Source: an uncultured Candidatus Pelagibacter sp.
GTDB lineage: Bacteria; Pseudomonadota; Alphaproteobacteria; Pelagibacterales; Pelagibacteraceae
Assembly: GCA_964465855.1 (NCBI GenBank)
Contig: CAYXLK010000001.1
Location: 3,600 to 67,599 of the forward strand
Length of the DNA: 64,000 bases
Direction of reading: 5' to 3'
Below, piece after piece: positions 49,725 to 60,425 of this stretch. The notes under the pieces were generated by a model. It had not been told where the DNA came from. It was given only the letters and a program-made list of their open reading frames with translations, and made no database searches. Both the position numbers and the translations under genes were made by a program. How positions within the stretch are numbered: the first letter of the stretch is position 1; the number at the start of each line of letters is the position of its first letter.

Positions 49725-50038
49725 CGGATTTTTCAAAAATACTTGAGAAGGCAAAAGAATTAGAGAAAAAAATGAAAGAAAGCCAAGAGGTAATAAAAAA
49801 AATTGAGGTTATTGGAAATTCCGGTGGAGATTTAGTAAAAGTAAAATTAAATGGTGAAGGTGAAATGATTTCAATAGAAATATCAGATAAACTCTTAAAA
49901 GAAGAAAAAAACATAATCGAAGATTTAATTAAAGCAGCTCATAACAATGCAAAATCATCTTTGAAATCAAAAACAACAGAAGAGATTTCCAAAAGTGCTG
50001 GTAATTTTGGTATACCTGACCTTAAGTGGCCTTTATAA
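49721..50038 (+). CDS. ybaB: YbaB/EbfC nucleoid-associated protein
   Basis: GNSGGDLVKV, EDLIKAAHN; dnaX-ybaB-recR order. Confidence 0.93.
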   Translation: MTDFSKILEKAKELEKKMKESQEVIKKIEVIGNSGGDLVKVKLNGEGEMISIEISDKLLKEEKNIIEDLIKAAHNNAKSSLKSKTTEEISKSAGNFGIPDLKWPL

Positions 50039-50043
50039 TTTAA

Positions 50044-50658
50044 ATGCAAGATATATCTGAAATTGACGAATTAATTAAATTAATAGCTAAACTTCCTGGT
50101 TTGGGACCAAGATCAGCAAAGAGAATAGTTTTAAAGATGATAAATAATAGAGAAGAATTAATTAAACCTATGGCAAAGACTTTAGCAGATGTTTATAAAA
50201 ATGTATTTAGATGTAAAATGTGTGGATCTTTAAAATCTAACTCAAATGGATGTAATAATTGTGAAAACAATAAACATAAATTTAATAAAATTTGTGTAGT
50301 AGAAAATATAGCTGATCAATGGAGTATAGAAACTTCCAGTGTATACCAAGGTTACTTCCATATCCTTGGAGGAACTATTTCTTCATCTAAAAATCAAAAA
50401 AAAGAAGACTTGTTAATTAATTCATTAGTAGAAAGGGTTAAAAAAAATGAGATAGAAGAAGTAATTTTAGCTACGAGCGCAACAGTAGAAGGTCAGACAA
50501 CTGCATTTTATATTCAAGATAGCTTAAGAGATATTGATGTAAAAATTTCTAAACTTGCACAAGGATTACCAGTTGGTGGTGAAATAGAAAATTTAGATGA
50601 TGGTACTTTAATATCAGCATTTAAAAATAGAAAAAGTTTTTCAGGAAAAAAAGATTAA
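50044..50658 (+). CDS. recR: Recombination mediator RecR
   Basis: LPGLGPRSA, C4 Zn finger, ATVEGQTTA, GLPVGGE. Confidence 0.96.
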   Translation: MQDISEIDELIKLIAKLPGLGPRSAKRIVLKMINNREELIKPMAKTLADVYKNVFRCKMCGSLKSNSNGCNNCENNKHKFNKICVVENIADQWSIETSSVYQGYFHILGGTISSSKNQKKEDLLINSLVERVKKNEIEEVILATSATVEGQTTAFYIQDSLRDIDVKISKLAQGLPVGGEIENLDDGTLISAFKNRKSFSGKKD

Positions 50659-52829
50659 ATTTTTTTAATTAATCTATTTAAATGCAGAAGAGGTTCAGTA
50701 TAACCCGAAGGTTGATGTCTTCCTTGAAAAATTAGTTCACAAGCTGTTTTAAAAGCAATAGAACTTTCAAAATTTGAGGACATTTTATTATAACCAGATC
50801 GACCAGAACGAAAATAAGCTGGATCATTTTTGTTTTGATTATCAACAATTTTTGCCATTTTTTTCAATATCTCTAATACTTGCATTTTGCTACAAATTCC
50901 ATGATGTAACCAATTTGCAATATGTTGAGATGAAATTCTCAGTGTAGCTCTATCTTCCATTAATCCAATATTATTAATATCAGGAACTTTTGAACATCCT
51001 ACTCCTTGATCTATCCATCTAACCACATAACCTAAGATTGTTTGTGCAGAATTAGAAATTTCTTTAGTTATTTCTTCAACAGACCAATTCGGTTTTTTTA
51101 TAACTGGAATTGTCAGTAAATCGTCAAGTTTAGCCCTTTCTCTATTTTTAAATTCATTTTGTTTATCAAATATATTTATTTGATGATAATGAAGAGCATG
51201 AAGCGCAGCTGCAGTAGGTGAAGGTACCCAGGCACAATTTGCACCAGCTTCAAGATGAGAAATTTTCTGTTCCATCATATCAGCCATTTTATCTGGCATA
51301 GCCCACATTCCTTTACCAATTTGTGCAACACCTGAGAAACCACATTTTAATCCTATATCTACATTGTTATTTTCATATGCATTTATCCAAGCAGATGATT
51401 TCATATCACCTTTCTTAACCATTGCACCTGCTTCCATAGAAGTGTGCATTTCATCTCCTGTCCTATCTAGAAAACCGGTATTGATGAAAAATACTCTATT
51501 TTCCAATGTTCTTATGCACTCTTTTAAATTTACAGAGGTTCTTCTTTCTTCATCCATAATTCCACATTTAATTGTGAATTTTTTTAAACCTAAAACTTCT
51601 TCTACTTTAGAAAATAATAAATTTGTAAAAGCTGTTTCATCTGGACCATGCTGTTTAGGTTTTACTATATAAATAGAACTTGTTCTTGAGTTATTTTTGT
51701 TATTTAAGTCATGCATAGAACATAAAGATGTAATAAATGCATCTAATATACCTTCTGGAATTTCTGATCCATCTTGTAATAAAATTGCAGAATTAGTCAT
51801 TAAATGACCAACATTTCTATTCAACAAGAGAGATCTTCCATGAAGATTTTCTTTTTTACCGAGCTTTGTAATATAATTTCTATTTGTATTGAGTTTTCTA
51901 ATTAATTTTTTACCATCTTTTTCAAACTTAGCGATGAGATCTTTTTTCATTAGACCTAGCCAGTTCCTATAGCCAATAATTTTATCTTCTGCATCAACAG
52001 CGGCAACTGAGTCTTCATGATCACAAATAGTAGAAATTGCAGACTCAATTATTATATCTGAAATACCAGCTGGATCACTCTTAGCACTAAATGCATTTGG
52101 ATTGATTAGAATTTCGATATGTAAATTATTATTTTTTAAAATTGCTGCTGAAACTTTTTCATTTTTAAGTCTATAACCAACATATTTTTCATTATTTTCA
52201 AGCTCTGTGGTACCTTTATCTAAATTTAGTTTTAGTTTATGTTCTTTAATTGATATTTCATTTACATTTTTCCATTTTGAATTTTTTAGTTTAAAGTTTT
52301 TGTCTAAAAAGTTTTTAGCATATTCAATTACTTTAGCTCCTCTTTCAGGATCATATCTTTCACTAGTTGACTCTTCTGAAGATATAACATCAGTTCCATA
52401 TAAACTATCATATAAACTCATCCATCTTGCGTTTGCAGCATTCAAAGCATAACGTGCATTCATTATTGGAACCACAAGTTGAGGGCCAGCAATACTTGAT
52501 ATTTCTTGATCTATGTTCTCTGTTTTAATCTTAAAGTCAGGACCTTCCTTTTTTAAATAACCAATTTTTTCAAGATTAGATTTATAATCTTTAAGATTAA
52601 ATTCTTTATTATTGTTTTCCAAATGCCATCTATCTATGTCTATTTGTAATTTTTTTCTAATGTTAAGCAACTTTTTATTTTTTGGCGCAAGCTCATGACT
52701 TGTGTTACTTAAACCTTTCCAAAAAGCGTCTTCAGATATATTTGTGTCCGGTATAACTTCTTTATTTATAAAATTATAAAAATCTTCAGAAACAGATAAG
52801 TTTTCAGTATTTATATATTTTTTTAACAT
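50655..52829 (-). CDS. glcB: Malate synthase G
   Basis: GPQLVVP, NARW.SLYD, RNVGH, MDEERRT, FLDRTGDE, GVGCSKVPD, MEDRATLRISSQ. Confidence 0.97.
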   Translation of the reverse strand: MLKKYINTENLSVSEDFYNFINKEVIPDTNISEDAFWKGLSNTSHELAPKNKKLLNIRKKLQIDIDRWHLENNNKEFNLKDYKSNLEKIGYLKKEGPDFKIKTENIDQEISSIAGPQLVVPIMNARYALNAANARWMSLYDSLYGTDVISSEESTSERYDPERGAKVIEYAKNFLDKNFKLKNSKWKNVNEISIKEHKLKLNLDKGTTELENNEKYVGYRLKNEKVSAAILKNNNLHIEILINPNAFSAKSDPAGISDIIIESAISTICDHEDSVAAVDAEDKIIGYRNWLGLMKKDLIAKFEKDGKKLIRKLNTNRNYITKLGKKENLHGRSLLLNRNVGHLMTNSAILLQDGSEIPEGILDAFITSLCSMHDLNNKNNSRTSSIYIVKPKQHGPDETAFTNLLFSKVEEVLGLKKFTIKCGIMDEERRTSVNLKECIRTLENRVFFINTGFLDRTGDEMHTSMEAGAMVKKGDMKSSAWINAYENNNVDIGLKCGFSGVAQIGKGMWAMPDKMADMMEQKISHLEAGANCAWVPSPTAAALHALHYHQINIFDKQNEFKNRERAKLDDLLTIPVIKKPNWSVEEITKEISNSAQTILGYVVRWIDQGVGCSKVPDINNIGLMEDRATLRISSQHIANWLHHGICSKMQVLEILKKMAKIVDNQNKNDPAYFRSGRSGYNKMSSNFESSIAFKTACELIFQGRHQPSGYTEPLLHLNRLIKKI

Positions 52830-52979
52830 ATTAATTTAAGTACAATTTCTAGAAAGTAATCTGGAGGACTATTTTCTAAATATTACTTTTAAATAGCATG
52901 TTTTAGGAAAATTTTGTAAAATAGTAAATTAATAAAATAAAGCCACTTTATTGCCTTTATTATATAAAATATTGCGTTA

Positions 52980-54086
52980 ATGAAAAATTATCTAAATTTT
53001 GAAAACGAAGTTAAAGAACTAGAGGCACAACTGGATGCTCTAAAAGATCCATATAATAAGGAAGGTATTTCTGAAGTGAATACAAACGAAATTGTGTCAT
53101 TCGAAGAAAAAATAAATAAAAAATTAGAAAAAATATATTCAGATCTAAATCCTTGGCAAATAACCCAAGTAGCCAGACATGAAGATCGTCCAAAATCTAA
53201 ATATTTTATAGAAAATTTATTTGAAAATTTTATTTCATTATCTGGAGACAGATTTTATGGGGAGGATAAGTCAGTAATAGGAGGGTTTGCTAAATTTAAT
53301 AATAAATCCGTTTTAGTAATTGGACAAGAAAAAGGAGAAAATTTAGATGAAAGGTTAGATAGAAATTTTGGAATGATGAGGCCAGAAGGATATAGAAAAA
53401 GTGTAAGATTAATGGAGCTAGCTAATAAATTTAATATTCCTATAATAACTTTTATTGATACACCAGGCGCATATCCAGGAGTTGGAGCGGAAGAAAGAGG
53501 GCAAGCAGAAGCTATTGCAAGATCTATAGAGAGTTGTATGAAATTAAAAGTTCCAAATATATCAATAATTATTGGAGAAGGTGGTTCAGGTGGAGCAATA
53601 GCTTTAGCATCAGCTAGTAAAGTAATTATGTTAGAAAATTCAATTTACTCAGTAATATCACCAGAGGGCTGTGCTGCTATTTTATGGAGGGATCCTAAAA
53701 AAACTATTGAAGCAGCAACTGCAATGAAACTGACTTCAAAAGAGTTATTTGATTTAAATATAATTGATGAAATAATAGATGAACCAATTGGAGGAGCTCA
53801 TAGAGATAAAGAAAAAACTTTAGAAAACATTCGTGTTTCAATAAAAAAACAATTAAATTATTTTGAAAATTTAAGTGAAGAAGAAATAATTCTACAAAGA
53901 AAAAACAAATTTTTGACAATAGGCAGGGGCAGAGGTTTTTCTAGTAAATCCGATATTTCGTTAGGTCTTTCTCTTAAAAGTAATAATATTAATAATTTAT
54001 TTGAAAAAATATTAAAAAATAAAAAGATTTTAATTAGTGCAGCAGTATCAATTTTTGTGTTGTTAGGAGTGCTTTATTTCTTATAA
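52980..54086 (+). CDS. accA: Acetyl-CoA carboxylase carboxyltransferase alpha with C-terminal hydrophobic extension
   Basis: PEGYRK, DTPGAYPG, GEGGSGGA, YSVISPEG, GGAHR. Confidence 0.96.
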   Translation: MKNYLNFENEVKELEAQLDALKDPYNKEGISEVNTNEIVSFEEKINKKLEKIYSDLNPWQITQVARHEDRPKSKYFIENLFENFISLSGDRFYGEDKSVIGGFAKFNNKSVLVIGQEKGENLDERLDRNFGMMRPEGYRKSVRLMELANKFNIPIITFIDTPGAYPGVGAEERGQAEAIARSIESCMKLKVPNISIIIGEGGSGGAIALASASKVIMLENSIYSVISPEGCAAILWRDPKKTIEAATAMKLTSKELFDLNIIDEIIDEPIGGAHRDKEKTLENIRVSIKKQLNYFENLSEEEIILQRKNKFLTIGRGRGFSSKSDISLGLSLKSNNINNLFEKILKNKKILISAAVSIFVLLGVLYFL

Positions 54087-56594
54087 AGCTCCGCAGCAAT
54101 GCTTATATTTCTTTCCTGAATTACAAGGACAAGGCTCATTTCTGCCAATTTTTTTTGAAATAAAATTATCAGTTTTTTCATTTTGTTTTTTTGGAATTTC
54201 ATCACTCTGTTCAGGGTTATTTACTATTTTTATATTTATTAGTAATGCAACAAATTGATTTTTTAATCTATTTAATAAATCTTCAAATAGATTAAATGCC
54301 TCTTTCTTATATTCTATTAACGGATCTCTTTGACCATAAGATCTTAAACCAATTACTTGTCTTAGCTGTTCAAGATACTGAATATGTGTTTTCCAATTTT
54401 GATCGATTAATTGAAGAAAAATTCTTTTTTCAAGTTCTTTTGATTTATTTTCACCTATTATATTTAATCTTTCATCTCTTTTTTTATTAAATTTATTTAT
54501 AATTTTTTCTTTTATAACCGAACCATCGGAAGATTTTAAGTCATCAATCTCCTCTTTATTGAAAGATGCTCCTAAAGTGGAAAGCAATTTTTTTTCTAGG
54601 TCTGTATGTTTTTTTTTGTATTCTATTAATTCGTCAACTGTTTGACTGAGAAAATTATCTGCAAATTCATATGGATTTGAGCTCTCCATCACCTTACTTC
54701 TTTGAGAAAAAATAACATGTCTTTGATCGTTTAAAACATCGTCAAATCTTAATAATGATTTTCTAATGTCAAAATTTCTTGCTTCTACTTTTTGTTGTGC
54801 TCTCTCAAGTGCTTTGTTTATCCATGGATGGTCTATACTTTCACCATTTTTAAGTCCAAGTTTTTCTAAAATATTATTCATAGACTCTGAACCAAAAATC
54901 CTCATTAGATCATCCTCTAGGCTCACAAAAAAAATTGAATTTCCTTCATCTCCTTGTCTACCAGACCTCCCTCGCGCCTGATTGTCTACTCTTCTACTCT
55001 CCATTCTTTCAGTTCCTATAACAAAGAGTCCGCCTAATTTTTTAATTTCATCTCTTGATGTTTGATCCACATTTTTTCCACCAAGCTTAATATCAACACC
55101 TCTCCCAGAGATACTTGTTGTAATAATTACAGATTCTTTTGTTCCTGCATTAGCAATAATTTCTGCTTCTTTGTCATGGTTTTTTGCATTCAGAACAATA
55201 TGATTTATTTTTTGTTTGTTGAATAATTCTGAATAGTGTTCAGATTTATTGACACTACTTGTAAATATTAAAATTGGTTGACCTATATTATATTTTTCAT
55301 TTACTAATTTTACTATAGCGTCATCTTTCTCTTTTTCAGTTCTATAAATTTGATCATTCCAATCTTTTCTAATCATTTTTTTATTTGTAGGAATTGTAAG
55401 AACATTTAAATTATAAATTTCATAAAATTCTTGAGCTTCAGTTACAGCTGTTCCTGTGCAGCCGCAGAGCTTTTTGTATAATTTGAAATAGTTTTGATAA
55501 GTGATTGAAGCTAAAGTTTGACTCTCAGATTGTATATCCAAATTTTCTTTAGCTTCTAAACTTTGATGCAATCCATCTCCGAATCTTCTACCTGGCATTT
55601 GCCTTCCAGACTGTTCATCTATAATTACTATTTCTTTATCTTTTAGTATGTAATCTTTCCCATTAGAAAAAATGTAATTTGCCCTTAATGATTGATTCAC
55701 TAAATGTACTAAAGACAAATTTTCAGGATCGTAAAAATTATTATTTTTTAAAATACCTGCTTCAGAAAAAATTTTTTCAACATTGTCTATACCTTTATTT
55801 GTTAAAACAATATTTCTATTTTTTTCATCAGCATCAAAGTCATCATTATCTAATTTTTTTATTAATTTATTTACGATTATATATTGATCAGTTTTATCTT
55901 CCGCGTGACCAGAGACAATCAAAGGAACTCTTGCTTCATCGATTAAACAGGAGTCAATTTCGTCTACGATAGCATAATTATGGCCTCTCTGAACCATGTC
56001 CTTTTTAGAAAATTTCATGTTGTCTCTAAGATAATCAAATCCCAATTCGCTATTAGTTGCATAGGTAATGTCACAAATATAATTTTTTCTTCTTTCCTCA
56101 TCACTTTGATATGAATTAATGTATCCACATGTAAGACCTAAAAAATCATAAATTTTTCCCATATTTTCAGAATCCCTCTTTGCAAGATAATCATTAACTG
56201 TAACAACATGAACTCCATTACCATCAAGAGAGTTTAAATATGCGGAAAGAGCAATAGTAAGAGTTTTACCCTCTCCCGTTTTCATTTCTGCTATTTTATT
56301 TTGATTAAGAACTATTCCACCGACTAGTTGAACATCAAAATGCCTTTCATTGTAAATTCTTTTTGAAGCTTCTCTAACAAGGGAAAACGCTTCTGGAAGC
56401 AAATCATTTAATTTAAAACCATCAATTAACTTTTGCTTTAGTTCTGCCGTTTTGTTTGGAAATTCATCATCTTTAAGAATGGATATTTTATTCTCTAGTT
56501 CATTTATTTTATCAGCGATTTTAGCTAATTTATCCAATTCTTTCTGATTAGAAGATTTGAAAATTTTTGATATTAAATTTAACGGATTCAGCAT
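54081..56594 (-). CDS. secA: Preprotein translocase ATPase SecA
   Basis: MKTGEGKT, DEIDS, RGRSGRQGD, SEC-C GRNEPCPCNSGKKYKHCC. Confidence 0.98.
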   Translation of the reverse strand: MLNPLNLISKIFKSSNQKELDKLAKIADKINELENKISILKDDEFPNKTAELKQKLIDGFKLNDLLPEAFSLVREASKRIYNERHFDVQLVGGIVLNQNKIAEMKTGEGKTLTIALSAYLNSLDGNGVHVVTVNDYLAKRDSENMGKIYDFLGLTCGYINSYQSDEERRKNYICDITYATNSELGFDYLRDNMKFSKKDMVQRGHNYAIVDEIDSCLIDEARVPLIVSGHAEDKTDQYIIVNKLIKKLDNDDFDADEKNRNIVLTNKGIDNVEKIFSEAGILKNNNFYDPENLSLVHLVNQSLRANYIFSNGKDYILKDKEIVIIDEQSGRQMPGRRFGDGLHQSLEAKENLDIQSESQTLASITYQNYFKLYKKLCGCTGTAVTEAQEFYEIYNLNVLTIPTNKKMIRKDWNDQIYRTEKEKDDAIVKLVNEKYNIGQPILIFTSSVNKSEHYSELFNKQKINHIVLNAKNHDKEAEIIANAGTKESVIITTSISGRGVDIKLGGKNVDQTSRDEIKKLGGLFVIGTERMESRRVDNQARGRSGRQGDEGNSIFFVSLEDDLMRIFGSESMNNILEKLGLKNGESIDHPWINKALERAQQKVEARNFDIRKSLLRFDDVLNDQRHVIFSQRSKVMESSNPYEFADNFLSQTVDELIEYKKKHTDLEKKLLSTLGASFNKEEIDDLKSSDGSVIKEKIINKFNKKRDERLNIIGENKSKELEKRIFLQLIDQNWKTHIQYLEQLRQVIGLRSYGQRDPLIEYKKEAFNLFEDLLNRLKNQFVALLINIKIVNNPEQSDEIPKKQNEKTDNFISKKIGRNEPCPCNSGKKYKHCCGAL

Positions 56595-56655
56595 AAGATT
56601 TAATTGTTATTTAAACAAATCTTATATAATCATATTATTTATTTTTTAAACATAT

Positions 56656-57954
56656 ATGCTTTTTAAAAAAGAAAATTATCAAATAAAGTCTAATTCTATT
56701 GGTTTTTACCAAGATCTAGAACATCTAGATGGTATAGGGTTGTCGTCTGTTTCTGCAAATTTATATACAAATAAAAAAAAACGAGATGAGCTAGTTTTGT
56801 TTTACTTTAGAAAAGGCGCTACTCATGCAACAGTTTATACTCAATCAAATATTAAATCTGAAAATATTAAATGGAATTTAAATAATTCAAAAGAAAAAAT
56901 ATATGCCCTTCTAGTTAATACGCGAAACGCTAATGCTTTTACTGGAGAAGAAGGATATAAGTCAATTAATAATATTGCTTCATTGTTATCAAACTTATTA
57001 TCTAAAAAACAAATTGATGATGAAGAGGAGCCAAAAAAAATTAAAATAAATAATTTTTTATTTGCATCTACAGGAACTATTGGTGAGAACTTTCCTGAAA
57101 AAAAAATAAAAGATTCAATTCCAAATTTAATTAACAATATTAAGTATGTTCAAAATAAATATATTTGGATAAAAGCTGCCATGGGTATTATAACTACAGA
57201 TACTAAACCAAAGTTATCTATGGAAGAATGTAAGATAGCGGGCACTCCCGTAAAAATTTATGGTCTAGCCAAAGGATCAGGAATGATCTATCCAGATATG
57301 GCAACTACTTTAGGTTTTGTTTTTACAGATGCCAAAATAAATGGAAATGTTTTAAAACAATTATTAAAAAAAAATATTGAAAATACATTTAATGCAATAA
57401 GTTGTGATGGAGATACAAGCACAAATGATATGGTTAGTATATTTTCCACCGGTTATGCAAATAATAAAGAGGTTAAGTCTTATAAAGATAAGATGCTAAA
57501 TGAATTTGAAAAATCATTAAACATGGTTCTAAAAAATTTAGCTAAAAGTGTTGCTGCTGATGGAGAGGGAGCGTCAAAATTTGTAGTCATAAAAGTAGAA
57601 AAATGTAAAAATGAGAGCGATGCTAAAAAGATTTGTTTTTCAGTTGCAAACTCTCCATTAGTCAAAACAGCTATTGCTGGAGAAGATCCTAATTGGGGAA
57701 GAATAATTATGGCTTTGGGAAAGGCAAAAGTTAAAATTAATCTTAAGAAATTGAATATAAACATCGGTCCATATAAAATTATTGAAAATGGAAAAATTTC
57801 CTCAAATTATAAAGAAAATGAAGTTGCTGAATACATGAAGTCTTTAGAGATAGAAATTAATATTCAAATAGGAAATGGAAACAAAGAATTTGAGGCTTAT
57901 ACAATGGATCTTACAAAAAAATATATAGAAATTAACGCAGATTACAGAACTTAG
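56656..57954 (+). CDS. argJ: Bifunctional ornithine acetyltransferase
   Basis: NANAFTG, STGTIG, KGSGMI.PDMAT, DTSTND, DGEG, NWGR, INADY. Confidence 0.96.
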   Translation: MLFKKENYQIKSNSIGFYQDLEHLDGIGLSSVSANLYTNKKKRDELVLFYFRKGATHATVYTQSNIKSENIKWNLNNSKEKIYALLVNTRNANAFTGEEGYKSINNIASLLSNLLSKKQIDDEEEPKKIKINNFLFASTGTIGENFPEKKIKDSIPNLINNIKYVQNKYIWIKAAMGIITTDTKPKLSMEECKIAGTPVKIYGLAKGSGMIYPDMATTLGFVFTDAKINGNVLKQLLKKNIENTFNAISCDGDTSTNDMVSIFSTGYANNKEVKSYKDKMLNEFEKSLNMVLKNLAKSVAADGEGASKFVVIKVEKCKNESDAKKICFSVANSPLVKTAIAGEDPNWGRIIMALGKAKVKINLKKLNINIGPYKIIENGKISSNYKENEVAEYMKSLEIEINIQIGNGNKEFEAYTMDLTKKYIEINADYRT

Positions 57955-57992
57955 AATATTGAAAACTTTAATTAAATTGTTAAATTAATCTT

Positions 57993-58418
57993 ATGATAAA
58001 GTATAAGCTTAACTGTAGAAATTGTGGGAGTGTTTTTGATAGTTGGTTTGCCTCTTCCAAAGAATTTGAAAAACTAAAAAAAATGAAATTAATTAACTGT
58101 GATGATTGTAAATCTTTAGATATAGAAAAATCAATTATGTCCCCAAGAATTTCATCAAATTCAAATTCTAAGAAAGAAAAATCTCCATCAAAAATGTATG
58201 AAGTAAAATCAAAGATAAAAGAATTCCAAAGTTATATTAAAAAAAATTTCGAATATGTAGGAGAAAAATTTTCGTATGAAGCAAGATCAATTCACTATGG
58301 AGATAAAAAAACTAAAAAGGGAATTTATGGAAATGCATCATCTAAAGATATAAGTGAACTTAAAGAAGAAGGAATTGAAACAATGCAAATTCCCTGGATT
58401 AATGATAAAGAAAATTAA
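57993..58418 (+). CDS. DUF1178 family protein
   Basis: MIKY.L.C...FDSWF.SS..F, CDDC, YVGEKF..EAR.IHYG, IYG.A, EEGI. Confidence 0.9.
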   Translation: MIKYKLNCRNCGSVFDSWFASSKEFEKLKKMKLINCDDCKSLDIEKSIMSPRISSNSNSKKEKSPSKMYEVKSKIKEFQSYIKKNFEYVGEKFSYEARSIHYGDKKTKKGIYGNASSKDISELKEEGIETMQIPWINDKEN

Positions 58419-59143
58419 AATCTTTTAAATATACTGATATAATTAACATCTGTATTTTTACTTAAATCCCATTTATTAAATAGAATATTATAATTCAAAC
58501 CATGGATATCTGACTGTTTTAAATTATTTTTTTCACAAATTGTCTTTAATTTTTTTGGTTCAACGAAATTGAACCAGTCATGAGTTCCCACTGGTAACCA
58601 ACTCAACACATATTCCGCACCAATTATTGCAAATAAATAGGATTTAAGAGTTTTATTTATTGTTGCTATAAACATTATTCCATTTTTTTTTAATAAAGAA
58701 GAACTAGATTTAACGAAAAAATTTAAATCATTAACATGTTCAACAATCTCCATATTTAAAATAACATCATATTTTTTTTTTGATTTTAAATTTTCTGGAG
58801 AAGAACAAATGTAATTAATTTTTAAATTATTTTTTTTTGCATGCGCTTTAGCAATATTGATATTTCTTTCTGAAGCATCTATTCCTGTTAATTTTCCGCC
58901 AAGTCTATTAATGGGCTCTGTTAACAATCCTCCACCACAACCAATGTCCAATATTTCCAAATTTGAAAATGGTTTTTTTTTATTTTTAATATTGAATTCT
59001 TTAATTATATTATTTTTAATATATTCTATTCTAATCGGATTAAATTTATGCAATGGCTTAAATTTGCCATTTGGATCCCACCATTCCTCAGCCAAACTGT
59101 TAAATTTTTCTATTTCTTCTTTATTTATTGTGTTATTAGCCAT
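58415..59143 (-). CDS. ubiG: Ubiquinone biosynthesis O-methyltransferase
   Basis: WWDPNG.FKPLH.FNP.R, LDIGCGGG, EIVEHV, AEY, GTHDW. Confidence 0.96.
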   Translation of the reverse strand: MANNTINKEEIEKFNSLAEEWWDPNGKFKPLHKFNPIRIEYIKNNIIKEFNIKNKKKPFSNLEILDIGCGGGLLTEPINRLGGKLTGIDASERNINIAKAHAKKNNLKINYICSSPENLKSKKKYDVILNMEIVEHVNDLNFFVKSSSSLLKKNGIMFIATINKTLKSYLFAIIGAEYVLSWLPVGTHDWFNFVEPKKLKTICEKNNLKQSDIHGLNYNILFNKWDLSKNTDVNYISIFKRF

Positions 59144-59202
59144 AAATTTTTGGTTTTAAATTAATAATATTTTTTTAATAAAAGATAATATAGGAAATAA
59201 CA

Positions 59203-60417
59203 ATGAAAATTGTAGTGCTTAAATTTGGAGGAACTTCCGTAGGTTCTATTAAAAGAATTAAAAATATAACAAAAATTATTATTAGTTATTTAAAAAAAAG
59301 ATATAAAGTCATTGTTGTATCTTCCGCAATTAGCGGCGAAACGAATAAGTTAGCTAAACTAACTAAACAGATTTCAAGCAACTTTATGTCATCGGAATAT
59401 GACACAATAGTTGCAACTGGAGAACAGGTTTCTTGTTCTTTGATAGCAGGAAGACTTAATGATCAAGGTTATTTATCCAGGTCATGGCTTGGTTGGCAAG
59501 TACCAATTTTTACTGTTGGGAATCATTCTCATTCAAGAATTGTTAATGTTAATAAAAAAAATATTCTAAAGTTTTTAAGAAAAGGTGGCACTCCAATAGT
59601 TGCGGGTTTTCAGGGTATAAATTCTGAAAATCGCATAACAACAATTGGAAGAGGCGGATCAGATGCTAGCGCTATAATGATTGCTAAATTTTTTAAAGCA
59701 GAGAAATGTATAATATACACTGATGTTGATGGAGTTTATACAACTGATCCTAATGTTGTACCAAAAGCAAAAAAAATAAAAAAAATTTCATATGAGGAAA
59801 TGCTAGAAATGGCATCCCTTGGAGCCAAAGTTATGCAGCCTCATTCAATACAAGATGCAAGACTAAATAGAATAGATATAGAAGTTCGTTCTTCATTCAA
59901 AAATATTTCTGGTTCTCTAATTACTAAAAGAAAAAGTATATCTTCAAAAAATATAATACGAGGAGTTTCTTTTACAAAGAATGATGCAAAAATTACACTA
60001 CTTGGAGTAAAAGATAGGCCAGGCGTAGCAGCTGCTATATTTGAGCCTTTATATAAAAACTCTATAAATGTGGATATGGTTGTTCAAAATATTTCGTCAA
60101 ATAAAAAAGAGACAGATCTAACATTTACTATCAAAATTGAAGATTTAAAAAAAACAGAAAAATTGATTAAAAGAAATAAAAAAATAAAATTTAAAAATAT
60201 AGTTATAGATGAAAAAGTATCTAAAGTTTCAATAGTAGGTGTAGGAATGATCACCACTCCCGGAGTTACATTTAGGATGTTTAGTGCATTGGCAAGAAAA
60301 AAAATTAATATTATAGTTATTTCTACTTCAGAAATTAAGATATCAGTTCTAGTTGATAGAAAAAATTTAAAAAAAGCAGTTGATGTACTTCATAAAGAAT
60401 TTAAATTAGATTATTAA
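59203..60417 (+). CDS. lysC: Aspartate kinase
   Basis: KFGGTSV, GRGGSD, TDVDGVYTTDP, two ACT domains, STSEIKIS. Confidence 0.97.
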   Translation: MKIVVLKFGGTSVGSIKRIKNITKIIISYLKKRYKVIVVSSAISGETNKLAKLTKQISSNFMSSEYDTIVATGEQVSCSLIAGRLNDQGYLSRSWLGWQVPIFTVGNHSHSRIVNVNKKNILKFLRKGGTPIVAGFQGINSENRITTIGRGGSDASAIMIAKFFKAEKCIIYTDVDGVYTTDPNVVPKAKKIKKISYEEMLEMASLGAKVMQPHSIQDARLNRIDIEVRSSFKNISGSLITKRKSISSKNIIRGVSFTKNDAKITLLGVKDRPGVAAAIFEPLYKNSINVDMVVQNISSNKKETDLTFTIKIEDLKKTEKLIKRNKKIKFKNIVIDEKVSKVSIVGVGMITTPGVTFRMFSALARKKINIIVISTSEIKISVLVDRKNLKKAVDVLHKEFKLDY

Positions 60418-60425
60418 AGACATAA

